This document shows, piece after piece, positions 15,706 through 24,921 of a stretch of DNA of 27,595 nucleotides. This DNA comes from a virus. Taxonomy: Duplodnaviria; Caudoviricetes. Made by a program: the position numbers and the translations under genes. Below the pieces are notes generated by a model. The model saw nothing but the letters and a program-made list of their open reading frames with translations, ran no database searches and was not told where the DNA came from. The first letter of the stretch is position 1; each line of letters begins with the position of its first letter. The stretch lies in the IMG/VR virus record IMGVR_UViG_3300033412_000498, positions 1 through 27,595 of that record; one strand, given 5' to 3'.

Positions 15706-16544
15706 GGCTCGATGCCGGTCGGTGAGAGGTACATGTCGTTGTATGTCTCGCCGAGGAAGTTGAGGGACAGTCCACTCGGGGCCGGCACGCCCGGCGGGAG
15801 GCCACCGTAGAGGAGGCTCGTCGCGGCGGCGTTCTGGGTCTGCACCCCATACGTGACGGGCCGGAACGTGGCCACCTCGCTGAGGTCGACCTCGACAAAG
15901 TCCACTGTGAGCACACACGAGCCGGACGAGGCGAACCGTGACTCACTCACGTCGAGAGGAGTGAATACCATCTCGTCGAGGATGACCCGACACTCGCTCG
16001 GCACCCGGAGCGAGACGGGGTTGCCGGTCGAGAGGGCATAGAGGACGGTGTCCCGCTCGGCGTGGGAGTAGCACAGGAAGTGGATCTGCCCGGTCGACCC
16101 GGACCGTACGTCACCGGCCGTGACGGCCATCGACTGGCCGATGATGTAGTACGGGGTGACCCGGCCCGCCCGCACCCGGCCCGTGACGTCGATGACCCGC
16201 ACCGAGGCGTACCTCAGCCCGGGGAACACGACGTCGCGTATCCACGGTGTGCCTCCGCTCGACACGGCCGGCACGGTGGCCGAGGTGGCGAGGAGGACGG
16301 TGCCGGTCGAGTCGTACACGTAGTACGTCGTGGCCCGGTCGAGGGGGTACATGTAGTCGGCGTAGAGAACCGTCTCGGTGGCGTCGACCACGAACGACCC
16401 GGGTATGTTCGTCACCCCTTCGTCGCCCTCGTCGAACCGTCGGAGGGTGATGACGTCGACACCCGCGAGGCCGGTCACGGTGACGACGTTCGCCTCGCTC
16501 ATCGAGGTGGCCGGAGCGACGGTGATGGCGACGGCCATGGTCAC
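15702..16544 (-). CDS. Minor tail protein (distal-tail-like)
   Basis: First gene after the tape measure; DY.YPLDRATTYYV and LTVDFVEV patterns of actinophage minor tail proteins. Confidence 0.8.
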   Translation of the reverse strand: MTMAVAITVAPATSMSEANVVTVTGLAGVDVITLRRFDEGDEGVTNIPGSFVVDATETVLYADYMYPLDRATTYYVYDSTGTVLLATSATVPAVSSGGTPWIRDVVFPGLRYASVRVIDVTGRVRAGRVTPYYIIGQSMAVTAGDVRSGSTGQIHFLCYSHAERDTVLYALSTGNPVSLRVPSECRVILDEMVFTPLDVSESRFASSGSCVLTVDFVEVDLSEVATFRPVTYGVQTQNAAATSLLYGGLPPGVPAPSGLSLNFLGETYNDMYLSPTGIEP

Positions 16545-18469
16545 AACCTCCCTCGGTGGCTCGTGGCGGCCACAGTGGACGACACGACCGACTCGACATC
16601 GCCCTTCAGGGCCGCCCGGATGGGACGCGAGTCGAGGTAGAGGCGGGGCGAGAGGAACACCGACGGAACGACCGAGGGGGCCGGGGCGACCGGGGCCGAC
16701 GAGGCGGCGTTGACGTTGAGGTTGATACTGCCGTTGCCCGAGATAGCGTCCTGCACCCTCTTGGGTAGACGGTTGAACCGGGCGTAATTGGTGTTGAGGT
16801 TGACCTCGACATCGATGGCGGCCTCGCGGTCCCGGGCCACGTGGTTGATCGCCGACTCGGCGGCGTTGATGCCCGTCACCTTGACCTGTGACTCGATGTC
16901 CTCGGGGGTGGCGAGGAGGGTATCCACGTAGTCCTGTGCGAACTTCGTATTACCCCCGAGCTTGGTGGCCGTGTCATCGAGGCTCTTACGTTGCTTGCCG
17001 TAGTCGGCGATGATGTCGTCGGTGGACTCTCCCGACGCGGCCGCGTCCTTGAGGCGGGCGTCACGCACCTTGACGATGTTCGCGGCCTGCTCCCGGATGA
17101 GGGCGTCGTTGGTGCGACCCGCGTCGGTGGCGAGGTCGAGGGTGTGCTTGTTCTCTTTGAGGGCCTTGTTGAGGTCCTCAGTAGTCCTGGCCTGTGCCGC
17201 CTGTGCGGCCCGGGTGTCACCGAGGGCGGCGTTGAGTCCGTCGAGGGAATTGACGAGGGCGTCGAGATTGGACTGTGCCGCATCGAGCTCGGTGTTGAAG
17301 TGTTGCCACACGCCGGTCGTCTGATTCATCGCGGCACCCTGGGCATCGGTGGCATCGTTCACCGAGAGGAGCGCTCGACCCAACTGGAGTTGCGAATACT
17401 CAGCCTTCCCGACCTCGGTTGTCGTCGTGCCGATGGCGTTGACGAGAGTGGACACCGAATCGGCCGCGTCGGTGTTCTTGTCGTGGAAAAGGTCCTGTTG
17501 CGCCGAAGCGAACGTCGACGACTGGGCGAGGAGGTCGGTGGCGTCCTTCTGTTGCAGGATGCGGGTCACCAACTCATCGATATTGACGCCGAACTTCTCG
17601 GCCACGTCGAGGGCCCCGGCCTCCTGTAGTTGCTTGACGACGAGGGCCCGGTTGTTGCGGTCGAACGCCCCGGCTTGCAGGTCGAGGGCCTCCCGGAACT
17701 GTTTGGTAGCCTCCTCGGCCTCGTCCTGTTTGGATGCGAACGCCGCGAGGAGCGAGGCCCCGGCCACGAGGGCGAGGCCCCACGGGCCACCGATGAACGA
17801 GGTGACCGCCGACGTCGACCTCAGCAACCGTCCGGACTCACGGCCCGCCTCGGCGTTGCGCGTCTTCATGTCGTCGAGCGTCTCGTTGAGGTCGGCGAGG
17901 GCAGGGATGGCGGCGAGGGCGAGGATGCTCATGCCGGTGAGGCCGGTGCCCAACTGGGTGACCGAGGTGGACGTCTCGCGTACGCCCTCACGGAGGGCCT
18001 CGACGCCCTTCACGCCCTCCTTGTTGACGTCGACGTTGACCTCGACCTTGCGGTCGTGCAGACCCTTGAGGTCGGCGTCGAGCTCCTCGACGTTCGCCTC
18101 GGCCCGCTCGGTGTCGACATTGACCTCGGCGGGAGGGAACGCGAGGACCGTCTTGATGGTCCTCTCCAATGTGGAGAGCTCTCGCTGGGCGGCCCGGGTG
18201 TCGACGTCGAGGACGATGCCCTCGGCTATCTCGTCCCGGAGGGCGTCCACCCGGGCCCGCGCCTTGTCGATAGCCTCCTGCCTCACGTCGATATCGACCC
18301 GCTTGTGACCGAGGTCGTCCACCTCGGCCTCGAGACGTTCGAGGCCCTTGGTGGCTGAGGTGGCCTCGGCCTCGATGGCGTCGAGGGCGGTGGTCATCGG
18401 TTTGAGGCCCGCTGCCACGGTCGAGGTGTCGGCCGACACCTTGAGGACGAGGTCGTCACCGCGTGCCAT
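16541..18469 (-). CDS. Tape measure protein (~642 aa)
   Basis: Longest tail gene; Ala-rich helical; GGPWGLAL hydrophobic segment; TLDLATDAGRTN motif; GGGAGG SD. Confidence 0.88.
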   Translation of the reverse strand: MARGDDLVLKVSADTSTVAAGLKPMTTALDAIEAEATSATKGLERLEAEVDDLGHKRVDIDVRQEAIDKARARVDALRDEIAEGIVLDVDTRAAQRELSTLERTIKTVLAFPPAEVNVDTERAEANVEELDADLKGLHDRKVEVNVDVNKEGVKGVEALREGVRETSTSVTQLGTGLTGMSILALAAIPALADLNETLDDMKTRNAEAGRESGRLLRSTSAVTSFIGGPWGLALVAGASLLAAFASKQDEAEEATKQFREALDLQAGAFDRNNRALVVKQLQEAGALDVAEKFGVNIDELVTRILQQKDATDLLAQSSTFASAQQDLFHDKNTDAADSVSTLVNAIGTTTTEVGKAEYSQLQLGRALLSVNDATDAQGAAMNQTTGVWQHFNTELDAAQSNLDALVNSLDGLNAALGDTRAAQAAQARTTEDLNKALKENKHTLDLATDAGRTNDALIREQAANIVKVRDARLKDAAASGESTDDIIADYGKQRKSLDDTATKLGGNTKFAQDYVDTLLATPEDIESQVKVTGINAAESAINHVARDREAAIDVEVNLNTNYARFNRLPKRVQDAISGNGSINLNVNAASSAPVAPAPSVVPSVFLSPRLYLDSRPIRAALKGDVESVVSSTVAATSHRGRL

Positions 18470-18929
18470 CGGCAACCTCCCTCAGGAGGGCCCCGACCCG
18501 TTGGTTGATGCCCTTGAGGTCGGTGCGGGCGGTGGGCCAGAAGAAATACCCCCGGGTGCCGAGGAAGGGCTTGAACTGTTGCGTGGTACGTCGCCGCACG
18601 AGGTACCCGTGACCCTTCCGCGAGCGGGTGACGTACGAACGCTTGCCCCGACGACGGCCGCCATACTCGGCCCCCTTGCTGAGGACGGCCGCTAGCCCGC
18701 TGAGGCCCACGGTGACGGCCATGCCGGTCGAGGTGGTACTCACCGCCACCGTCGGCCCCACGATGCGGCACGCTCCGCCCACGGCCGAGGCCCGGCTCTT
18801 CATATGGGTGGCCATCGGCTCGACGATGTCGCGTATCTCGTCGGCCACGGCGTCGTCAATCTCCCTGGGCCACAGGGACACCCGGCGGGTGAGGGGGTCG
18901 AGGCCGAGGACCTCGATGGAAGCGCTCAT
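18456..18929 (-). CDS. HK97 gp10-like tail completion/neck protein
   Basis: IEVLGLDPL...AEYG...YFFWPT; ATGA-coupled. Confidence 0.7.
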   Translation of the reverse strand: MSASIEVLGLDPLTRRVSLWPREIDDAVADEIRDIVEPMATHMKSRASAVGGACRIVGPTVAVSTTSTGMAVTVGLSGLAAVLSKGAEYGGRRRGKRSYVTRSRKGHGYLVRRRTTQQFKPFLGTRGYFFWPTARTDLKGINQRVGALLREVADGTR

Positions 18930-19096
18930 GCCCTCACCTCCTCGGGCCACGTCTCCTCGACCACCGGGGTCGGGGCGAGGAGGTCGAGATAGGTGGCGAT
19001 CACTTGCGGGCCCTCCTGTTCGAGGGCCGAGGGGAGGACACCGAGTCGGCGGGCGAGGGCGACGAGGAGACGGCCGTACGACCCGCTCGGGTAGGG
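18926..19096 (-). CDS. Tail assembly chaperone frameshifted extension (gpT-like), no own start
   Basis: -1 frame PYPSGSYGRLLVALARRLGVLPSAL...IATYLDLL; its stop overlaps the next ATG. Confidence 0.65.
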   Translation of the reverse strand, partial: PYPSGSYGRLLVALARRLGVLPSALEQEGPQVIATYLDLLAPTPVVEETWPEEVRA

Positions 19097-19353
19097 CGGT
19101 CGACCACGGGTGCGGTACGACCCCTCGCGTCGACACAGTGGGCGTCGAACTCCTGATAGGACGGATAGGCCCCGTTGAGCGTCCCGGTGCGCCGGCCGGC
19201 GATGTAGGCGAGTTGGGCGAGCGTGGTGAACGAGGTCGGCGTGGTGAACCACGACCGGTCGTGTTCGGCCTCCCATGCCCGAATGTCGCGGGCGTCGGCC
19301 TCAATCTGGACGAGGGTGCCGTCGTCCATCTCGCAAACGAAGGACTGTCGCAT
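19000..19353 (-). CDS. Tail assembly chaperone (gpG-like)
   Basis: AGGAG SD; lies between major tail and tape measure; DIRAWE motif; becomes Ser-rich after DRPT, as expected past a frameshift point. Confidence 0.75.
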   Translation of the reverse strand: MRQSFVCEMDDGTLVQIEADARDIRAWEAEHDRSWFTTPTSFTTLAQLAYIAGRRTGTLNGAYPSYQEFDAHCVDARGRTAPVVDRPTRAGRTAVSSSPSPADSVSSPRPSNRRARK

Positions 19354-19374
19354 GGTCACTCCTATGTGGGCGGT

Positions 19375-19425
19375 GACGGGGGCCGTCCCGAACTGTCCGC
19401 CCGGTCACCCGGGAGGGCCCCCGTC
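19375..19425. terminator. Stem-loop upstream of the tail chaperone
   Basis: GACGGGGGCC-G-TCCCG / CGGGA-G-GGCCCCCGTC. Confidence 0.55.
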
Positions 19426-19428
19426 GGG

Positions 19429-19638
19429 CTAGTCGTCGTACTCGAACCGGGTCCGACCGTCGTGGCCGTGGACGCGACGGGCCGCCTCCATGCCGTCCCA
19501 TACCACGGTTGACCGGTCGGGGCCCCGCCACCGGATGACGGTCACGCCGTCGTCGAACTCGACGCCCTCGGCGACGTCACCAGTACCGGATACGCCGCTG
19601 ATGTCCTCGTCCCGTTCGAGGTGGAACCGCCGGCTCAT
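19429..19638 (-). CDS. Conserved-type actinophage small protein (69 aa)
   Basis: RRFHLERDEDISGVSGTGDVAEGVEFDDG...HGHDGRT, a pattern recalled from actinobacteriophage hypotheticals; ATGA-coupled to the major tail gene. Confidence 0.8.
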   Translation of the reverse strand: MSRRFHLERDEDISGVSGTGDVAEGVEFDDGVTVIRWRGPDRSTVVWDGMEAARRVHGHDGRTRFEYDD

Positions 19639-20330
19639 GACGATGCCTTGCTCGTGGCGAGGGCATGGGTACCGGCGGCCCAGGCGAGGCCGGACCAGTT
19701 GAAGTCGTACGTACCCACCGTCATCTTCTGTCCGGTCGTCCACGCGGTGGCCCCGCTCGCGGCGACGTAGCCCAGGCCCGCGAGCTTGGCGGCGTTCGTG
19801 GCGTCTGACGCGGTGACGGTCGGCTCGGCGGGGAACACGTCGCCCGGCTTAGTGGCCGCCTTGTTGGGCAGGACGTTGCCGACCTCGTCCACCATGGCGT
19901 ACTTGCCCTTGAGGGGGAGCGTCGCGGTGAACGTGGCGAACGACCCGGAGGTCGTGTTGCCGACGTTGTCCGGCGGGGCGAGGGTCACGGTGCCGGTGAA
20001 CCCCCGGCCCAGCGGTACCCCGTTCTTATCCGTCTTGGGGTAGTAGAGGAACGTGGCCTCCTCGCCATCGTGTTCGAGGAGGAATAGTTGCAACGAGTCG
20101 GCCGACTCGACGTCCTGTACGCCGGTCAACGAGAAGTTCCACACCCGCTCGGTCGGCTCGGAGAACGTCCCCGATGGACACAGGGTGTTGAGCGAGACGG
20201 CGTCGCCGCCGGTCGACGTGAGGCCCGCCTGAGTGACGGAACACTCGAACGTGTGCGTGACGCCCTGGGCGTCCTCGACCTCTAGCTTGACCCACCGCAC
20301 GAACAGCGGCGAGATAGTGGGTGCGGTCAT
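19635..20330 (-). CDS. Major tail (tube) protein with C-terminal decoration domain
   Basis: FECSVT...TLC...WNFSLTG.QD...FTGTV...; position after the neck genes; C-terminal AWTTGQ...WSGLAWAAG. Confidence 0.85.
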   Translation of the reverse strand: MTAPTISPLFVRWVKLEVEDAQGVTHTFECSVTQAGLTSTGGDAVSLNTLCPSGTFSEPTERVWNFSLTGVQDVESADSLQLFLLEHDGEEATFLYYPKTDKNGVPLGRGFTGTVTLAPPDNVGNTTSGSFATFTATLPLKGKYAMVDEVGNVLPNKAATKPGDVFPAEPTVTASDATNAAKLAGLGYVAASGATAWTTGQKMTVGTYDFNWSGLAWAAGTHALATSKASS

Positions 20331-20695
20331 TGTGTGTCTCCCATGCATGCGACCACGCCGGCCGTGACGGTCACGCGGTAGGCGGGGTAGGTGAGTTCGG
20401 CGACCGTGGACACGGCCGGCTCGACCCGGACAATGGCGAGGTCGGGTCCCGCGAGGGCGGCGAGGACGACATCGACGGCGTCGTCGAGCTCGACCTGTGC
20501 CTCCTCGGTGCCGTCCCGGCGGCCGATGATGACCACCGGGACGGCGAGGGTGACGAGTTGCACGTCGAGGCTCAGCGTCGGCCGGTCGACCACAATGGCC
20601 GGTGGCCCCTCGATGTCGTCGGGCTTGAACGTGTAGACGCGCCACGGCACCCCGCTCAGGTGCGAGGCGATGAACCGCCGGGCCGAGGAGATCAC
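20327..20695 (-). CDS. Tail terminator-like protein
   Basis: GTGA-coupled; PDDIEGPPAIVV...AQVELDD...YPAYRVTV; immediately before the major tail gene. Confidence 0.7.
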   Translation of the reverse strand: MISSARRFIASHLSGVPWRVYTFKPDDIEGPPAIVVDRPTLSLDVQLVTLAVPVVIIGRRDGTEEAQVELDDAVDVVLAALAGPDLAIVRVEPAVSTVAELTYPAYRVTVTAGVVACMGDTQ

Positions 20696-21012
20696 GCGAC
20701 CCCCCAGACCCACGCCGCGTCAATGTGTTGTTCGAGGAGACGCTCGACGTCCGGGTCCCGACTGAGGACGCGGATGACGCCGAGGTCGTCCCACGACGCC
20801 ACACCCTCGGGAGAGAGGCGACGCTTGAACAATCGCGAGGCGAGCAGGAGCACCGCCTGGGCCACCTCGGGGCGATGCACGGCCGAGAGGTTCACCCGGT
20901 CGTACACCCACGCCCCGGCCGCCTCAAGGCAGGCGGCGAGGATGGCCTCGTTGGCGGTGCCCTTCATGTCGACCATCGCCTTGAGGGCGTCGAGATCGGC
21001 TCGTACGGCCAT
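20692..21012 (-). CDS. Head-to-tail adaptor (gp6/gp15-like)
   Basis: AAGGA SD; EVAQAVLLLASRLFKRRLSPEGV...DPDVERLL motif; follows the capsid gene. Confidence 0.85.
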   Translation of the reverse strand: MAVRADLDALKAMVDMKGTANEAILAACLEAAGAWVYDRVNLSAVHRPEVAQAVLLLASRLFKRRLSPEGVASWDDLGVIRVLSRDPDVERLLEQHIDAAWVWGVA

Positions 21013-21023
21013 GATGGCCGTCC

Positions 21024-22238
21024 TTACGGTCCGACGTGGACAGCACCGTTGGGGGCCGGTCGGTAGTACCCGACATAGCCCGCGTAGGCGACCTGAATAC
21101 CCAGGACGCTCGGCTCCACCACGGACAGTTGCCCGACGACCTGCTCGTAGATTTCGAGACCAAGTCCATTGAGGACCCAGAAGGTGTCGTCGGTGATACC
21201 CGGGGTGACCACGAGGTTGAGGCCGACCGGGTTGCCCGCGAACGAGGTGACGCTCATCCCTCCACCCGAGGCGTTCACCGGGTTGAGGAAGGGGAACGTC
21301 GGGGTGCCGGTCGACGAGGACAGGGACCCGAGGCGGGCCCACCCCAGCGGCCCGGCGGCCATATGCGTCGGCAGTGCCCCCGTCTGGGTAAACACCATGC
21401 CGGCCGCCTCATAGATAGCGGCGATGGTCGTCTCGGCGTCGGCCCCGGCGGCGAGGGTCACGTGTGACGTGGACGCCGACATGGCCGAGATGGCCGCCCG
21501 CTCGGTGGCGTAGGAGTACCTCGCCGCGAGTTGGTTGACAATGACGTCCATCGAGGCGGTGCCCCAGTCGAGGACCTGCCGGGCCACGTTGACGTAACCG
21601 CCCAGTGTGGACAGGTCGACGTTGTCCGAGGACAGGGTGAACGGCTGAGATACGAGCTCGTCCTTCTGGTTGGTCTGAGTGCCGACGCCCGTGGCGATGT
21701 TCGGATCGTTCAACCGGGGCCGTCGGAAGCTAGGGCCGCCCGGAATAGGGATCGTCCCCAGGGCACCGACGAGGGGCCGCGAGGAGTTGATGAGGTTGAT
21801 GAGCGGGCCGACGATCGGCTCGGGGAACACGCCGGTGAAATTGCCCGTGGTGATATGCGCGGCGGCCCGCACGTACCGACGGATACGGTCCTCGGCGGCC
21901 GCTTTCTTGCTCGCGTCCTCGCCGATGATGGTGGTGAGGTAGTCGGCGAGGTAGGCCCCGGCCGACCGGTACTCGACCGCCCCGGCCGTGCCGCCGATGG
22001 TGGCCCCGGCAAGTTGGGCGAGTCGGTTCTGGGCCGCCTCGTCGAGAGTGGACTCACGAGCGAGGACGGTGAGTTGCCCGTCGATATCGCCAACGCGGTC
22101 CTTAGCCCGGGTGATGATCTCTAGTTCGTTGGTAGAGAGGTCGCGGTTCTCAGAGGCCGCCGTGTTGCCGAGGTCCTCGATGAACGAGAGCTTGGCGTCG
22201 CGTTCCTCTTTGAGCTTGGCGAGCATGGCATCAGGCAT
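21024..22238 (-). CDS. Major capsid protein, HK97 fold with N-terminal delta (scaffold) domain
   Basis: Coiled-coil N-terminus ENRDLSTNE; P.IVGPLINLINSSRP; QKDEL; GGYVNVARQVLDW; PSVLG.QVAYAGY. Confidence 0.92.
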   Translation of the reverse strand: MPDAMLAKLKEERDAKLSFIEDLGNTAASENRDLSTNELEIITRAKDRVGDIDGQLTVLARESTLDEAAQNRLAQLAGATIGGTAGAVEYRSAGAYLADYLTTIIGEDASKKAAAEDRIRRYVRAAAHITTGNFTGVFPEPIVGPLINLINSSRPLVGALGTIPIPGGPSFRRPRLNDPNIATGVGTQTNQKDELVSQPFTLSSDNVDLSTLGGYVNVARQVLDWGTASMDVIVNQLAARYSYATERAAISAMSASTSHVTLAAGADAETTIAAIYEAAGMVFTQTGALPTHMAAGPLGWARLGSLSSSTGTPTFPFLNPVNASGGGMSVTSFAGNPVGLNLVVTPGITDDTFWVLNGLGLEIYEQVVGQLSVVEPSVLGIQVAYAGYVGYYRPAPNGAVHVGP

Positions 22239-22287
22239 GGCCGCCGCCTTTCAGGTCGAGAGTGGATAGTTCTCGACGTCCTGAGAG

Positions 22288-22341
22288 GGTGGCCTCGCGG
22301 CGGTGGCCCGTACGGGCGGTGGCCTCGACGGCGGTGGTCCG
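22288..22341. repeat. Four GGTGG (CCACC on the mRNA) units upstream of the capsid gene
   Basis: Units at 22288, 22302, 22318 and 22333; GGTGGCCTCG(A)CGGCGGTGG is duplicated around a CCCGTACGGG palindrome. Confidence 0.6.
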
Positions 22342-22379
22342 GCCGTCTCTTGTGGTGCGTTGTGGACGATGCTACGCCG

Positions 22380-22901
22380 CTAGCGGGCGTCGCCCCGGAC
22401 GATCGTAAGCGTCCCCTCCAGGGCCCGCTGCCAGTCGGCGTCGGCCGTCCGGACGTAGAGGTCCCAGGAGTGGGCCCCCTCGTCGGGGGCGAGGAGGGCC
22501 GTCTCATCGGCGTCCATGGACAACGTCACGGTCACCCCGTCCGGCTCGACCGTGGTGGGTATCTCCACCGTCACCGGCTCGGTGTAGGGGTTGATGATGG
22601 GGAACGTCTCCCACGCCGCCACCGCCTCGGTGATCGGCACCGGCTCGGCCGGCGAGACGAGGGCGTCGGCGACGAGGGTGAGCCGGTAGTCGTCGTAGAG
22701 GCCCTCGCCGAACGTGAGGACGACCCGCACCCCCTCGGGCCGTACCGAGGCGACCCGCATCGGCACCCCGTCCACATACACCCGGTCGCCCGCTGAGATG
22801 GTCGAGGCGGCCACCGGGGTCCCGGGGGTGTACCGGACGTAGGTGGCCGACCACGCCGCCCCGGTGGCCACGGTGACGTCGTACCGGTCGGGCCTGGTCA
22901 C
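22380..22901 (-). CDS. Beta-rich structural/adaptor-like protein
   Basis: YDVTVATGAAWS...WDLYV...ALEGTLTI resembles BppU-N-like Ig-fold adaptors; GTGA-coupled to the protease. Confidence 0.65.
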   Translation of the reverse strand: MTRPDRYDVTVATGAAWSATYVRYTPGTPVAASTISAGDRVYVDGVPMRVASVRPEGVRVVLTFGEGLYDDYRLTLVADALVSPAEPVPITEAVAAWETFPIINPYTEPVTVEIPTTVEPDGVTVTLSMDADETALLAPDEGAHSWDLYVRTADADWQRALEGTLTIVRGDAR

Positions 22902-23527
22902 AGGGACCGCCTCAGCCGGTCGAGGGCCCCCCGACGGAGCTCGGCGAGGTCGGCCCGCACCGCGTCGAGGTGGGGCGTGCCGACCAGGAGCTCGGGGCCG
23001 GCCGACTCGGACGCCTCGGCCTCGTGGTCGGCCTCCCGGACCGCGAGGACCTCCGCCCCCCGGTAGGCCCCCTCGGGCACGATGCCGACCCGTCGCAAAT
23101 GGACACGTTGCCGGAGGATGATGCCCTCGTCGTCGAGGGCCGAGCGCATCGGCTCGAACTCCACGCTGAGGCCCTTGTGCGACTCACGAATCATCTCGCG
23201 GGCTTTGTCGGCGTCGGCTTTGTAGAGGCGGAACGAACCGTAGGCCCCGTCCGCCTCCTCGAACACCTGACGACCGAACCCGATTGTGTTCACGAATCCG
23301 TTCTCGTGCTCGAACGAGAGGAGCACACGGTTGAACGCGTTGACCTGAGGGCCGAGCATGCCCCGGACGAACCGCTCACGCTTGACCTTGTGGCCGTCGT
23401 ACTGGTCGACGAACGTGGCCACCTCTCCATAGGGGACGATGCGGCCGTACACCGTCCGTCCGTCGCCATCATCGGTGACGTCGCGTACCTCGAACGTGGT
23501 CGTGAATTGTCTAACGTGGACAGCCAT
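22898..23527 (-). CDS. HK97-family prohead protease
   Basis: VYGRIVPYG, H...IG, GLSVEF, VGIVPEGAY; follows the portal gene. Confidence 0.9.
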   Translation of the reverse strand: MAVHVRQFTTTFEVRDVTDDGDGRTVYGRIVPYGEVATFVDQYDGHKVKRERFVRGMLGPQVNAFNRVLLSFEHENGFVNTIGFGRQVFEEADGAYGSFRLYKADADKAREMIRESHKGLSVEFEPMRSALDDEGIILRQRVHLRRVGIVPEGAYRGAEVLAVREADHEAEASESAGPELLVGTPHLDAVRADLAELRRGALDRLRRSL

Positions 23528-23530
23528 GGC

Positions 23531-24910
23531 TCACACTCCCGGGTTGCGGTACTCGCCGACGAGGGCGATGTCGTCGATGGGTGCCGGGGGCAGGTGTTCC
23601 ATCACCCTCGCCTCGGCCGGCGTGATGACCCCCGCCGCGATGAGGGTCGAGTAGATGTTCGCCCGTTGCGCGACACTCGGCTCGACGAGTTGTTCCGAGG
23701 CGAACCGCACGTACGTCCCCCGGGCAAGGGCCCAGTTGCCGAGGGCACACGCGAGGTTGTACGCGATGGGGCGCAGGGTGGCGCGCCAGAAGTAGTCGAA
23801 CGTATCCTCCACCGTGGAGTACGTGAGGCCGTCGTTGACCGGCAGGCCTACCAACCACAGTGGAACGCCGAAGCACGAGGCGATGCGCTGCTCATCGAAC
23901 ATCCTCAGGTCGAGCAGGCCCACATCAGCCGGCGAGAGGTTGAGCGGGGTGAACGTCAGCCCTCCACTGAGGACGGCAGGGAGGGCCCCCCTCGTGGCCG
24001 ACGCCTCGGCCCATGATTCCTTGACCGCCTGTGCCTGCTCCTTGGTGAGCTTGGCCTCCGACTGAAGGACGGCGATCGGAATTCCATTCTGGACGGCGAG
24101 CATGGTGCCCCACCGTTGCATCGCCTCGGCCGAGAGGAGGTTGCGCCAACACGCCTCCATCGGACCGACCCCGCGCACCGTGCCGGGCCACGTCTGGTAC
24201 TTCACGTGGAGGATGTCCTCCCGGGCGATGTCGAGGCCCCCCACCGAGTACAGGGGCAGGCCCCCGACGCCCGCCTCGACCTCGACATAGTCCGGGTTGA
24301 GGACGACCCACCGGGCCACAGTGCCGTCGGCGTACCGGGCGGTGGGGACGATGAACGTCTCGCCCCGGTGCAGGAGCGAGTTGACCGCACACTGCATCGC
24401 GTCCACAAGCGACGTATAGATCTCCGGCTCGGGGTTCTCCACCCACGGTGGCGGGGCGATGGGTACGCCGCCCTGGGTCACCTTGAGTCCCATGGTGGCC
24501 AGTGACCGCGAAATGAGGTCGGTGCAGGCGAACACAGTGGACACCCGACCGGCGAGGGAGGCACCGCCCATGAACGGTTGCGGTCCCCCACCGGCCGAGA
24601 GGGTACCCGCCTCGAAGAACGGTGGTTGCCACCCGCCGGGCCACCCCGGCCACCGGGTGGCGTGGGGGAATCCGTTGTCCGGAGTGGACGGTATCCCGCC
24701 GACGGGGAAGTCGCCGGGCCCACCGATGACAGTCTGTGTGTCGAGGCCCTTGTTGCTACCGACGAACGACTTGGGTCCGGCACCCCAGGTGTACCCGCCA
24801 CCGGGCCCGACCTTGCCCGTGGTCGTGTCACGGAACACCGTCGAGAGGACGCGGGGGTCGGGCGGGACCATCGGCCCGCTCGCTCGTCGCATGAGTTGTC
24901 TGAGTCCCAT
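23531..24910 (-). CDS. HK97-family portal protein
   Basis: GGGAGG SD; STVFACTDLISRSLA, NPEP, EDILHVK, RGVGP, IASCFGVP, TYSTVE, ITPAEARVMEHLPP. Confidence 0.92.
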   Translation of the reverse strand: MGLRQLMRRASGPMVPPDPRVLSTVFRDTTTGKVGPGGGYTWGAGPKSFVGSNKGLDTQTVIGGPGDFPVGGIPSTPDNGFPHATRWPGWPGGWQPPFFEAGTLSAGGGPQPFMGGASLAGRVSTVFACTDLISRSLATMGLKVTQGGVPIAPPPWVENPEPEIYTSLVDAMQCAVNSLLHRGETFIVPTARYADGTVARWVVLNPDYVEVEAGVGGLPLYSVGGLDIAREDILHVKYQTWPGTVRGVGPMEACWRNLLSAEAMQRWGTMLAVQNGIPIAVLQSEAKLTKEQAQAVKESWAEASATRGALPAVLSGGLTFTPLNLSPADVGLLDLRMFDEQRIASCFGVPLWLVGLPVNDGLTYSTVEDTFDYFWRATLRPIAYNLACALGNWALARGTYVRFASEQLVEPSVAQRANIYSTLIAAGVITPAEARVMEHLPPAPIDDIALVGEYRNPGV

Positions 24911-24921
24911 CGTGACCCTCC

